Below the pieces are notes generated by a model. That model saw nothing but the letters and a program-made list of their open reading frames with translations. It did no database searches and had not been told where the DNA came from. Below, in pieces: positions 10,224 through 20,378 of a stretch of DNA of 64,000 bases (its first letter is position 1; every line of letters begins with the position of its first letter). This DNA is from a virus (lineage: Duplodnaviria; Caudoviricetes). The DNA lies in IMG/VR virus record IMGVR_UViG_3300028805_000041, positions 147,224 to 211,223 of that record. The stretch is one strand, 5' to 3'. The position numbers were made by a program, and so were the translations under genes.

Positions 10224-12227
10224 ATGGCAGAAAAGAAGATTTCCTATTTGAATCGCACATTTGAGGATTACAGAGATTCACTGAAAACACTTATAGCAAC
10301 TTATTATCCGGATATTGCAAACGATTTCGATGATGCATCGATCGGTTCTTGGCTAATTGACCTTGTTGCTGCAATTGGTGATAACCTTAGTTATCACATC
10401 GACAGTATGTATACTGAGACAAATTTGGACACTGCACGTCAATTGAATTCATTGAAGGCAATTGCAAGGACAAATGGTTTGAAGATACCCGGTCCTAAGG
10501 GTGCAATGGCAGAACTTAGACTTTCTGTTATTTTACCCGTATCGGGAAACTACAGCAACGGCTCACAGTATCCGATGCCAAACTATTTCTTTGCACCGAT
10601 TATTAAAAAGGGCACGAGATTCAGAGCAAAGAGCGGTGAATATTTTGAGTTGATGGATGATGTTGATTTCAATAGTCAATTTAACAATGATGGTGTGTCT
10701 GATAGAATTGTTGAGCCATATACAGACTCGAACAGCATTATACAGTCATATCGTGTCACAAAGACAAATGTGGTTGTGATTGCTGGACAAAGCCAAATTT
10801 ATCGCGAAGTCATAAAGGGTGAAAACACATTAAAACCATTTATGGAGTACGTAATTCCCGAAACAAATGTAATGAATGTTGAGAGCATAATATTCAAGAC
10901 GGGTGGAAATTTCAGTTCTGATCCTTCTATAAGTGAGTTTATGACAAATAGGGAATACAATTCCATAAATAACGGGGAAAACGTTGATATTGAATATTAT
11001 AGGTATTTCGAGGTTGACAATTTGACAGAACAGTACAGATGGGGCGACGATAATACACATCAGAATGGAAATCAGGACGTACCACCAACTGTAAGTTATA
11101 TGTACAGTTATTATTCTGACGGAAAATACATTCCAACAACAATGATAACAAAGGGAATGTGGATACCCCTTACGCAAAAGTTCATTACTGAATATACCGA
11201 CAACGGACATTTGAAGATTACATTCGGAAGTGGAGTTCAGCCTAATCATAATATGTCATTAATCAAGAATTGCGATGACTATTCAAAAAATGCAATTTCA
11301 AAGATGATAATGAACAATTCTCTTGGCAAAACACCTATACCGAATTCGACAATGTACATCCTATACCGTATTGGTGGCGGCTATGGTTCCAATGTACCTG
11401 CTAACACCATAACAAGCATAAGTTATTTGAATTATGAATGGGCACATTGTCCAAGCACCCAAGAGGAAATGGGTGTTGCACAGGGTGTTATCGGAAGTTT
11501 GTCTGTTACAAATCCAGAACCTTCGATATCCGGTAAGGATGGTCCGAATGCAGACGAATTGAGGTATATGATAAAGTACAATAATATGGAGCAGAACCGT
11601 TGTGTTACGGTAAAGGACTATGAAAGCAGGGTTATGAAGATGCCACCAAGATATGGGTGTCCATTCAGGGTAAGTGCGACTGAGGAAAACAACAAGATAA
11701 TGCTGTACCTGCTGAATATAGATAACAATGGGTACTTGACTGATGTCATACCTGCCGCAATGTCAAACAACATCCAAAAATACCTTACACGTTTCAGGAC
11801 AATAACTGACTTTGTTGAAATAAAGGCGGGAAGAATAATAAATCTGTCTTTTGAAATTGACATTATCATTGATAAGGCATATAATACGAATGATGTTATA
11901 AGGATGGTTTTGGATAAGGTCAAGGATTATATGGACGTTAACAAGCATTTCCTTGGTGAAGACATTTTTGTTGGTGATATTGAAAAGGAAGTAAGTAAGA
12001 TTGACGGTGTATTGAACCTAATTGATCTTAGGGTATATAACAACTACGACGGAGCATATTCATCAACAATTACAAGCCAACTGTCCTATGGCGAACCAAC
12101 TGTTGGTGAAACAAGAAACAGGATTGACCTTGACGCAAGCGATTATGTGCTGTATAGTGAGGCGGATGAGATGTTTGAGGTGAAATATCCTGAAAGTGAC
12201 ATAAAGGTAAGAGCAAAAACAAGATAA
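10224..12227 (+). CDS. Baseplate wedge protein (gp6/gpJ-like)
   Basis: YLNRTFEDYR, YRIGGG..SNV, QNRCVTVKDYE; follows the gp25-like gene. Confidence 0.88.
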   Translation: MAEKKISYLNRTFEDYRDSLKTLIATYYPDIANDFDDASIGSWLIDLVAAIGDNLSYHIDSMYTETNLDTARQLNSLKAIARTNGLKIPGPKGAMAELRLSVILPVSGNYSNGSQYPMPNYFFAPIIKKGTRFRAKSGEYFELMDDVDFNSQFNNDGVSDRIVEPYTDSNSIIQSYRVTKTNVVVIAGQSQIYREVIKGENTLKPFMEYVIPETNVMNVESIIFKTGGNFSSDPSISEFMTNREYNSINNGENVDIEYYRYFEVDNLTEQYRWGDDNTHQNGNQDVPPTVSYMYSYYSDGKYIPTTMITKGMWIPLTQKFITEYTDNGHLKITFGSGVQPNHNMSLIKNCDDYSKNAISKMIMNNSLGKTPIPNSTMYILYRIGGGYGSNVPANTITSISYLNYEWAHCPSTQEEMGVAQGVIGSLSVTNPEPSISGKDGPNADELRYMIKYNNMEQNRCVTVKDYESRVMKMPPRYGCPFRVSATEENNKIMLYLLNIDNNGYLTDVIPAAMSNNIQKYLTRFRTITDFVEIKAGRIINLSFEIDIIIDKAYNTNDVIRMVLDKVKDYMDVNKHFLGEDIFVGDIEKEVSKIDGVLNLIDLRVYNNYDGAYSSTITSQLSYGEPTVGETRNRIDLDASDYVLYSEADEMFEVKYPESDIKVRAKTR

Positions 12228-12228
12228 T

Positions 12229-12480
12229 ATGGCATGTAATTGTGCAACAAACGAACAGTTAAACGAAATATACAAAAAATTTGGAACGAAGATAAGGGTG
12301 TCTAAAAGCGACAGCCTCGCATTTAGGGTAAAGGCGTTTATGATGAACACATTTGCACTGACAACGCTTATTACTACAGCACCCATTTTAATGTTTTACA
12401 TTACATTTAACTATGCGCGTGGAAACAACAAAATAAGTCTCGCCGATTTTTTCGGTTTAAGAAGGGAAACAATAGTTTAA
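12229..12480 (+). CDS. Small protein with N-terminal CxC and a hydrophobic segment
   Basis: MACNC start; hydrophobic FALTTLITTAPILMFYITF; tightly packed in the operon. Confidence 0.6.
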   Translation: MACNCATNEQLNEIYKKFGTKIRVSKSDSLAFRVKAFMMNTFALTTLITTAPILMFYITFNYARGNNKISLADFFGLRRETIV

Positions 12481-12483
12481 ACA

Positions 12484-15400
12484 ATGTCAGACAACAATCG
12501 CAATTTAAGGGTTAGGGCAAATATCAATGGCAACGAGAACAACGTATCGCTTAAACTTGACCAAGATATAGACAACATAGATATCCTCTCATTGAGTATA
12601 TCAACCGGTAATTTCTACAAATACCATACTTCTGATTATGGTTGTCTTGTCGGTAGGGTAATAGCAAATGGCGGTATTGGCGTTCCCAATGCAAGAATTT
12701 CATTATTTGTACAGGCAGATAACAATTGGTTGGATGAGAACATTCTCTCTGATTTATATCCATACACGTCAGTTGTGACAAAGAACAGTGATGGAATCAG
12801 GTATAATGTGCTGCCCGAAGAGGTGGTGTCGAAATGCCACACACCGGTTGGCACAATGCCAAGTAAACGAATGTTGCTTGATGACAGTAACATATTGGAA
12901 ATATATGAGAATTTCTATAAATTCACCACTGTTACAAACAATGCCGGAGACTATATGCTGTTTGGAATACCTACTGGTGACCAAATAATACATATGGACC
13001 TTGACCTTTCAGATTGTGGTTATTTATCACAAAGACCGAGGGATATGATGTATAAGGGTTATAACATCGATATGTTTGAAAATGCGAACAAGTTTAAGAA
13101 AAGTGATAATATCGATGGTCTCCCACAAATCATATCTCAAAACAATAGTATTTACATTTACCCGTTTTGGAGTAATGATGGTGAAAGTGAAGCCAAGATT
13201 ACAAGAAATGACATAAGCGTAAACTATCAGTTTATTCCAACCTGTGTATTCATTGGTTCAATTGTATCTGATGAAGAAAGCAGTTCACTGTCCGAGAAAT
13301 GCATACCGGCGGAAAGAATGGGTCAAATGAACCGTCTTATGACGGGAAGCGGAAGAATTGAAATGATCCGTAAAAATGCAAACGGTGCTGTTGAGGAATT
13401 TCAGGTTCAGGGAACGGAACTAATCGACGGTAATGGAACGTGGTGTTATCAAATACCGATGAATCTTGACTATGTTAAGACTGACGAATATGGTAACCTT
13501 GTTCCTTCCGAGGATCCGAATGTTGGTATAGCAACAAGAACGAGAGTTCGTTTTAGAGTGTCTTTGAGCGATTACGAGAGTGACTATGGTGCAACACATA
13601 TTGTCAAGATGCTTGTTCCGAATAATCCCAAGACATATGAGGATTATGAAGACACATTCCATTTTGGAAGTAAGACAAGTGATAACGAAGAGGGCACAAA
13701 ATCATTTAGGGACCTGTTTTGGAACAATGTGTATACAGTAAAGTCATACATACCTAGAATACAGAAGGGCAATAGAAATCGAAACAGGAAGTTTTCCGGT
13801 TTCAAGATGGTTAATATAGCCGAAGGAAAGAACCAAATACCATATAATAATCTCAGAGTAAGACTAACATTTATGTTTGTCCTCCAATGTGCAATCTTGA
13901 AGTTTATGATATGGGTTATGGGTGTGTTCAATAAACGCCTGTTGGTTGTTGCATATAAACTTGCGCGTCCAAAAAAGAAAAAGGAGTTAAAATGTGCAAC
14001 ACTTGGTGACGGTGTTTGTCCCGATCTTGATGGATGGTATTTTGCACCCAAGTGTACACACGGGAGTCTGTTTTCACAGACGTTCCAATATCTTGATGAT
14101 GAAAAGATTACAGATCCAAAATCAATCGATGCTATAAACAAGGACACCAGTGAACCCATATGTCTTACAAATGAGATAGACTACCTCCTTCAATGTGTCG
14201 AAATAAATTTGGCTCAGGAGTATGAAGTAATAAAATTCGATTTCTACAATGATTGGATAAATGGACTCATCTATATTCCTCGTTGGACGGCAAAATATAG
14301 AAAGAAGAAGACACTTTTCTTTGGACTCATAAAGAGAAAGGCAAAAACTTTGGGGTGTTTTGACTATTCTTCAGAATCACCATTTAGAAATTCAAGAAGA
14401 CAAACACAACAATGCTCACTTGAATATAGAGAAAAGACAAATGGTGATGGTTATTATACTGAGATAACAAATTATGCCGGATGTCATAAAAGCAAAGAAA
14501 AATGTCATAAGACTCCTGGCAGAAATTATACAAGGGTCTTCAACGGAAACTTAAAAGCCGGTGGTGGACTTTGTCATATTGAGGAGACAATTAAGGGCGA
14601 AAAGGCATATTATTTCAAACCATGTGAATTTCATAAGAGTTATGATGGAACTTATGAAAACAGGATAATTATGTTTGCAACTGATTTGGTCCTTTTAGGC
14701 AGTCTTAACGAATGTGATGAAAATGGTATACCGATAGCATTCAAGGAATTACCATCAACGTCTTATAAAATGCCCGGTAATTTAGCCGGAACAAATATGG
14801 ACAATGAAGGGTATATGTATTCCTATGGACAAACTAGACAATCAATATGTAAGAATAAGAAAATTGAAGAACCACTTCTTCCACTAACCGGTAGTTCACA
14901 AACATTAGGAAATTTTGTAAATTGGTCGAAAACCATTGAAGAATATGAAAAAGTACCAGATGACATAACAGAATATGCAGTGACCGAATCAGCCGGAATT
15001 GATTGGGGATGGACAGGACCAAATCAAGGTGAGTCCAATTCAAGTATACCATATTATCCCGGTGGACATTTCTTGGGTATTTCTTGTTTTAATGCACAGA
15101 CAAACATCAAATCCTGCGTCAATCTATCAAGAGTTTGTGAGGTTGGTGCTGAAATATCATCAAGAAACTACGTTTTATTGAAAAATAAGGACGATGTTGA
15201 GTTTGCATACACACAGCCAACCGGTTTTATTTCAAAAGATGAATTGTCTGACAGTCAGTTTAGAACCATGTTTGCTACAATGAACATCAATGGTCTTAAG
15301 ACTGTTATTGATAAGGACACAAATTATAGGAAATACGAGTTTATATCAAATGTCCCAACAAATTTTGGTGGGGAATTTGAAAAATACACCAATAATGAAT

Positions 15401-18400
15401 ATTACAACAAACTTAACAGTAGATCAGATAGGGGTGGTGACGTATCATCAACCGACGCATACTTGTTTACGAGGACATTTGAATACAGGAGCAACGACTA
15501 TTATAAGTTTAGATTTGGCTTAATAGATGAACCTGACAGCAAGGATATGCGAAAACACTATGCACTAAAAAATGGTAGTATAGTGGCAATGCCAATGTAT
15601 GAGAACTCATTCTATTTCTATTTTGGACTTGTTAACGGAAGTACCTCATTAGAGCGCTTATTCAGAGATTACTTTTCTAATTGTGAGTCTAATGATGAAG
15701 ATGCGTCTTTCTTTACTTATAGTACAGGTGATGCTGATTTATGTAAAACAGATACGGGAACGTTTACCGTCGGATTCAATAATATTGCATCACCATATAT
15801 GGTTAGTATAAGTGACTCTGACGGAAACTCACTTTATTTCTACGAGATGAAGAGTGGGGATGGTAGTAAGAGCATATATGTGGACGCAACAACAACATAT
15901 TATTATTACATATACAAGAAAAACGACGGTGATAGCGATGACATATTTGAAGAATATGGCACAAGTGTACCGTATGGTGATTCTCAAAAGGAGATACTAT
16001 ATAGTACTGTTGCAACCGCATATACAACAAATTTAAAGGAAATAACAATAAATGGTTTAGTTGGTTCAAAAAATGGAAAAGGGTACTCTGTAAAATTATC
16101 CTCAACTGACGGACAATACAAGGTGGTAGAAATCAGTGTTGGCTTGGCTACTCCGGATATATTTAAACTCATAACCTGTATTGGTAGTGATTATAAAAAG
16201 GATGTTCAGAAGACAAACAGCCTAAAATGGAAAACGATAACTTATTATGTGGACCAATACGCAATATCCGGGGATATAACCTGCATAGACGCTCTTGAAG
16301 ACTATGGTTATGTCCAGATATTTAGTGAAAACGGTGCGGCTAATTTTGTAAAACCAGCCGGTAGTGAGGGTATAATCGGTTATGTAATCGCCACAGATTC
16401 GATGTTTACTGCCGTACAAGACAGTGATTTGCCCGATAATTTTGTTAGGGATGAATATTGCCGTGTTGAACTTGACCCAAATAGAATATCCTTATCTTAC
16501 CGTAAATATGCAAGTAATTTTATTTTTAATGATGATGATATAAACAATAAAATATATCTGTGGGATGATAATGACACGTACAACGTGTATGCTGCCTATA
16601 CTTGTAATAAACCATCAAAGGATGATACCGGTACTATTGGTGAAACAAGATTTGTATTAATTGGCGAAATTACGCTAAAGATACAAAAAACATTAGACAT
16701 ATACATTACCGATGAAGATTTGTTATATAATGAAACAATAAAGCCACTGATAGATGCCGGAATTTGTACAAGGACGAATTGGTGGGGTTATATGATGGTA
16801 GAATTTAGCGGTATAACAAACACCGTATATGTTAAGAGAAACGGTGAAATAATAAACAACGAAGATGCGTTCAGTGATGAAATTATTACCGAGATAACAC
16901 CAAAACAAATATGGAATATTAAAAGAGCGTTTTACTTTCAAAAATCAGGACATGATGTAACATCAAGTGAATCGGCTAGCATACTTGTAGGACCAACCGG
17001 TGGTGTTCCGCCATATAAAGAAATATTGTTTGGCGCAGTGGAGCGCGTTATTGACTATGATGATGGCGATGAGGATACGGAACCATACTCTATTGTTGAA
17101 ACAAGTGTAGCAAGTAAGGCGTTTATAAACGACCAAAATATAGTCAAGGAAATAAATTCTGAAATAGGTGGTACACCGGCGGTATATGTTGGAAACGTTG
17201 ACTCATCAGCATCATTGTCGTTTGGTCTCCGTGAATTTATATTCCCGACATTAGGCGCCGACTTTGCTGTAGGAAATTATAATGATGATTATGGTTATGG
17301 GGTAAACGAAAAGGGTATAAATGACTATGTTCATTATGGTGTACTTACTTTTAAAGGAAATACCCCAAGTCTTGATTGTGACTCATTCTATCAATTATCT
17401 GCGCTTGGTTCTAAATGTTTCTACTCGAGACAACTTGTTAGCAGATATGGTAAACCAGGATGGGGGAGTGGTGACGAAAAGAAAGAATATTATCAAAGTG
17501 GATACGGTGGACTGTATATTACACCCGAAACGAGAATGTATAACGGCAATTTAAAAAGAATAACCGAGGATAACTCAAAAAGGATGCATCTTGGTTTCTT
17601 GAAAGGTAATTTATCTCCAAAATGGGGTCCTAAAATACATTATGGTGTGCGTTACGAGGATTCACTGTATTGCGAAATCGAATATGCTAATTCCGCTGAC
17701 ACAAATGGCACCTTAGTTTACGGAACAGGAGAGGTCCCAATAAAAAATGGTAATAAAAAGGGTTGTGGTGGTGGAACATATAAAAATAATGAAGAATTTA
17801 TTGGCGGTACGTATTGGGATGCTTATGATAAATCCAGTAAACCAAATACGTGGCATAATCCGGATGAACGTTTCTTCTTGACGCTGCCGTCAATCTATGC
17901 CCCATTCTTTTTCAATACGGTATTCATTATTGAAGGACCGGTTGATGTTGTTTCTGATGATGCGGAATATCATGACAAAGTAACACCGATAGAAGAGGTT
18001 GTCCAAATCGATTTTGGGCTACAGAGTGGGATATTGTGGTCCAAATATTGTGTTGGTGCAATAAATGTTCAGGATTGTGGTACATCTTTTGCGTGGGCTG
18101 AAACTGAAACAAGGGAATCATTTGATGATGAGTCATTTGTAACAAAACCACATAGATATGGGAATGATCCGGAATATACAAGATACTGTGGAGATAGTAG
18201 TCACGGCTTAAGTGGATTTACTGATGATGTATTGGTACTTTATCCATCTGACGACGCCGCATCAGAAAACTATGGTGCTAAAATTGTTTATGATGAAACT
18301 GATACTGCACGAACAGAAGGAACATTTGTTTATGGGTGGAGAACTCCAACTATAGAAGAGTTTGAAGAACTTTTTAATAGTGAGAATACGGAAATGAGTG

Positions 18401-20328
18401 CTACTACCATTAATGAACAGACAGGTATCCTGATAAGGGGTCGTGGCGATTACAGTAATAATAGTATTTTCCTCCCTAACGGCACATATTGGACTTCTGA
18501 AATTGAATATACCACGGGTGGTACAAATACTAATCCGACTTGTGTAATCATTAACGCGACTTCAGGTGGTACAATTAACATAAATTACGAAAGTGTCGAT
18601 AGAAACAATGGCTATTACGTTCGCCCAATATATGTTGCTGGTGAAGAAGAGACAAGTGAAACAACAACAACAGATATTATAAAAGGTCCAAGTATTAGAT
18701 GTAAATTCAGAATTACCGGTGGTATTACATATCCTGAAGTGGAAGACGGAACAACCAAGTTTAAATTTGACAGAATTTCAGCAAAAATTTCCGGTTCTGA
18801 GGGCACTGTAAATATAATACTTGATGAGAAAAACAATGACGATAGCCATGAATATGATGACTTCTACAGAACTGATGGTGACTTTCCAAATAAGAAATCA
18901 ACTGTTTTAAATATGTTACAAAAAGGAGATGATGGAAAATTTGGGTTCTATAGTGAGGATATATGTTATTTTAAAGGTAAGATAGAAAACCCGGAAAACG
19001 GCGAATTTAGCAACAGTTCTGATTTACCGGCATACAAAAATGTTAAAGTATATAATGGGACTAATGCAAGGAATGAGAGAAAACTTGATATGGATATGTA
19101 CTATACATTTCCGTTTGATCTTGGGGATTGTATGTATGATGCAATGCCAATGATTGGATGGCGTTGGGATAAGGGTGATGATGATGATAACGGTGGTAAT
19201 GTTGGCGGTAGTTTTGGACCGTTTGACTCGTTTAATGACTCGTATACATCCGGAGAAAGTATGACGTGGGCGTGGGGTTCAGAAGACGCTGAAAGCGGTA
19301 GTACAATTTATAGGACAAACGGAACATTGGCTGATCTGGTAAATGGTGGAAGTGTTACACTGTCGTTCGAGGTTGCTGATGCTGTTCCACCAAATAGCGA
19401 TGGTGCACCATTTAAAGAAATAGAAAGCAGCACCACTGTTAAGTTTTTTAATATGGCTGATGGTGGTGATAGCGGAAACATAAGGTATTTCTTCTTAGGT
19501 TATCAACAATTGTATGGCAAAGGCTCGGAACAACGTACTCCGTTTTACGAGAATGTACATAGGTCATTTACATATTACGGGTATGTCTATAATAGTTTTG
19601 TAAGGTGGGATGAACTACGTAGAGGCGGTAAAGACAGATTAGCACTTAGTATATATCATGATCCTGAATCTTATAGTACGGACTACGGATGGTTCAGACC
19701 GGATAAAAGTTATGTCTATTATTCTAATGATCGTGATCCAAACTCAACTGCAACCAAGCCGTTATTCTCGGGTATATACAGTAGTACCTTCCTTGACTCA
19801 AGCGATGCATATGGTAATACCATTCACGTACTAGACGATTTTGACCAGGAATTCAATCGTAGCAGAAATAGTGGTCTTAGATTGGCGGACTTTGATTATG
19901 CGGTAAATAAATTGTATGAAGATAAACAGAAAGCGATTGAAGATAGAGTTGCAACATTGACTAGACTTCAAAAAATGCATGAAATGTTCCCCTATATGCC
20001 CGTGTACCCTGATGTATCAAAAGCGTTAGAAGCGGCTAAGGAAATGGTTGTGGAAATATCAATATATGACATTTTTAAAGCCATTGGATTGGACCACATA
20101 ACACCAAATAGTGTAGGAAATTATAGCGGGGCAACATGGATTGGAATAAATGACCCGTTTATGGATAACAACGGAAATCCTAAAGCCGGATGGGATAATT
20201 GGACAATGTGGGATTCATTACCTAAAGACACAAATATGGTTTCTGCGGTTAGGGTATATGATTTCAATGACTTTATGAAACTATTAATTATGAGATATGA
20301 GACAAAGGAATATCCTAAGGATCAATAG
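12484..20328 (+). CDS. Giant virion/baseplate-associated protein (2614 aa) with carboxypeptidase-regulatory-like N-domain and an inserted CLec/DUF1566-like domain
   Basis: GRVIANGGIGVPNARI...TNNAGDYMLFGIP; DFGLQSGILW...GWRTPT...IFLP...YWTS...VRPI. Confidence 0.7.
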   Translation: MSDNNRNLRVRANINGNENNVSLKLDQDIDNIDILSLSISTGNFYKYHTSDYGCLVGRVIANGGIGVPNARISLFVQADNNWLDENILSDLYPYTSVVTKNSDGIRYNVLPEEVVSKCHTPVGTMPSKRMLLDDSNILEIYENFYKFTTVTNNAGDYMLFGIPTGDQIIHMDLDLSDCGYLSQRPRDMMYKGYNIDMFENANKFKKSDNIDGLPQIISQNNSIYIYPFWSNDGESEAKITRNDISVNYQFIPTCVFIGSIVSDEESSSLSEKCIPAERMGQMNRLMTGSGRIEMIRKNANGAVEEFQVQGTELIDGNGTWCYQIPMNLDYVKTDEYGNLVPSEDPNVGIATRTRVRFRVSLSDYESDYGATHIVKMLVPNNPKTYEDYEDTFHFGSKTSDNEEGTKSFRDLFWNNVYTVKSYIPRIQKGNRNRNRKFSGFKMVNIAEGKNQIPYNNLRVRLTFMFVLQCAILKFMIWVMGVFNKRLLVVAYKLARPKKKKELKCATLGDGVCPDLDGWYFAPKCTHGSLFSQTFQYLDDEKITDPKSIDAINKDTSEPICLTNEIDYLLQCVEINLAQEYEVIKFDFYNDWINGLIYIPRWTAKYRKKKTLFFGLIKRKAKTLGCFDYSSESPFRNSRRQTQQCSLEYREKTNGDGYYTEITNYAGCHKSKEKCHKTPGRNYTRVFNGNLKAGGGLCHIEETIKGEKAYYFKPCEFHKSYDGTYENRIIMFATDLVLLGSLNECDENGIPIAFKELPSTSYKMPGNLAGTNMDNEGYMYSYGQTRQSICKNKKIEEPLLPLTGSSQTLGNFVNWSKTIEEYEKVPDDITEYAVTESAGIDWGWTGPNQGESNSSIPYYPGGHFLGISCFNAQTNIKSCVNLSRVCEVGAEISSRNYVLLKNKDDVEFAYTQPTGFISKDELSDSQFRTMFATMNINGLKTVIDKDTNYRKYEFISNVPTNFGGEFEKYTNNEYYNKLNSRSDRGGDVSSTDAYLFTRTFEYRSNDYYKFRFGLIDEPDSKDMRKHYALKNGSIVAMPMYENSFYFYFGLVNGSTSLERLFRDYFSNCESNDEDASFFTYSTGDADLCKTDTGTFTVGFNNIASPYMVSISDSDGNSLYFYEMKSGDGSKSIYVDATTTYYYYIYKKNDGDSDDIFEEYGTSVPYGDSQKEILYSTVATAYTTNLKEITINGLVGSKNGKGYSVKLSSTDGQYKVVEISVGLATPDIFKLITCIGSDYKKDVQKTNSLKWKTITYYVDQYAISGDITCIDALEDYGYVQIFSENGAANFVKPAGSEGIIGYVIATDSMFTAVQDSDLPDNFVRDEYCRVELDPNRISLSYRKYASNFIFNDDDINNKIYLWDDNDTYNVYAAYTCNKPSKDDTGTIGETRFVLIGEITLKIQKTLDIYITDEDLLYNETIKPLIDAGICTRTNWWGYMMVEFSGITNTVYVKRNGEIINNEDAFSDEIITEITPKQIWNIKRAFYFQKSGHDVTSSESASILVGPTGGVPPYKEILFGAVERVIDYDDGDEDTEPYSIVETSVASKAFINDQNIVKEINSEIGGTPAVYVGNVDSSASLSFGLREFIFPTLGADFAVGNYNDDYGYGVNEKGINDYVHYGVLTFKGNTPSLDCDSFYQLSALGSKCFYSRQLVSRYGKPGWGSGDEKKEYYQSGYGGLYITPETRMYNGNLKRITEDNSKRMHLGFLKGNLSPKWGPKIHYGVRYEDSLYCEIEYANSADTNGTLVYGTGEVPIKNGNKKGCGGGTYKNNEEFIGGTYWDAYDKSSKPNTWHNPDERFFLTLPSIYAPFFFNTVFIIEGPVDVVSDDAEYHDKVTPIEEVVQIDFGLQSGILWSKYCVGAINVQDCGTSFAWAETETRESFDDESFVTKPHRYGNDPEYTRYCGDSSHGLSGFTDDVLVLYPSDDAASENYGAKIVYDETDTARTEGTFVYGWRTPTIEEFEELFNSENTEMSATTINEQTGILIRGRGDYSNNSIFLPNGTYWTSEIEYTTGGTNTNPTCVIINATSGGTININYESVDRNNGYYVRPIYVAGEEETSETTTTDIIKGPSIRCKFRITGGITYPEVEDGTTKFKFDRISAKISGSEGTVNIILDEKNNDDSHEYDDFYRTDGDFPNKKSTVLNMLQKGDDGKFGFYSEDICYFKGKIENPENGEFSNSSDLPAYKNVKVYNGTNARNERKLDMDMYYTFPFDLGDCMYDAMPMIGWRWDKGDDDDNGGNVGGSFGPFDSFNDSYTSGESMTWAWGSEDAESGSTIYRTNGTLADLVNGGSVTLSFEVADAVPPNSDGAPFKEIESSTTVKFFNMADGGDSGNIRYFFLGYQQLYGKGSEQRTPFYENVHRSFTYYGYVYNSFVRWDELRRGGKDRLALSIYHDPESYSTDYGWFRPDKSYVYYSNDRDPNSTATKPLFSGIYSSTFLDSSDAYGNTIHVLDDFDQEFNRSRNSGLRLADFDYAVNKLYEDKQKAIEDRVATLTRLQKMHEMFPYMPVYPDVSKALEAAKEMVVEISIYDIFKAIGLDHITPNSVGNYSGATWIGINDPFMDNNGNPKAGWDNWTMWDSLPKDTNMVSAVRVYDFNDFMKLLIMRYETKEYPKDQ

Positions 20329-20378
20329 ATTCGGAAAAACTAATAACATCTCCGTTTGGGGTAAAAAATAAGACAAAT

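Noticed and set aside
18480-18633. Complete DGR in this window
   Set aside because: No reverse transcriptase, and no second copy of the candidate variable region was found by eye
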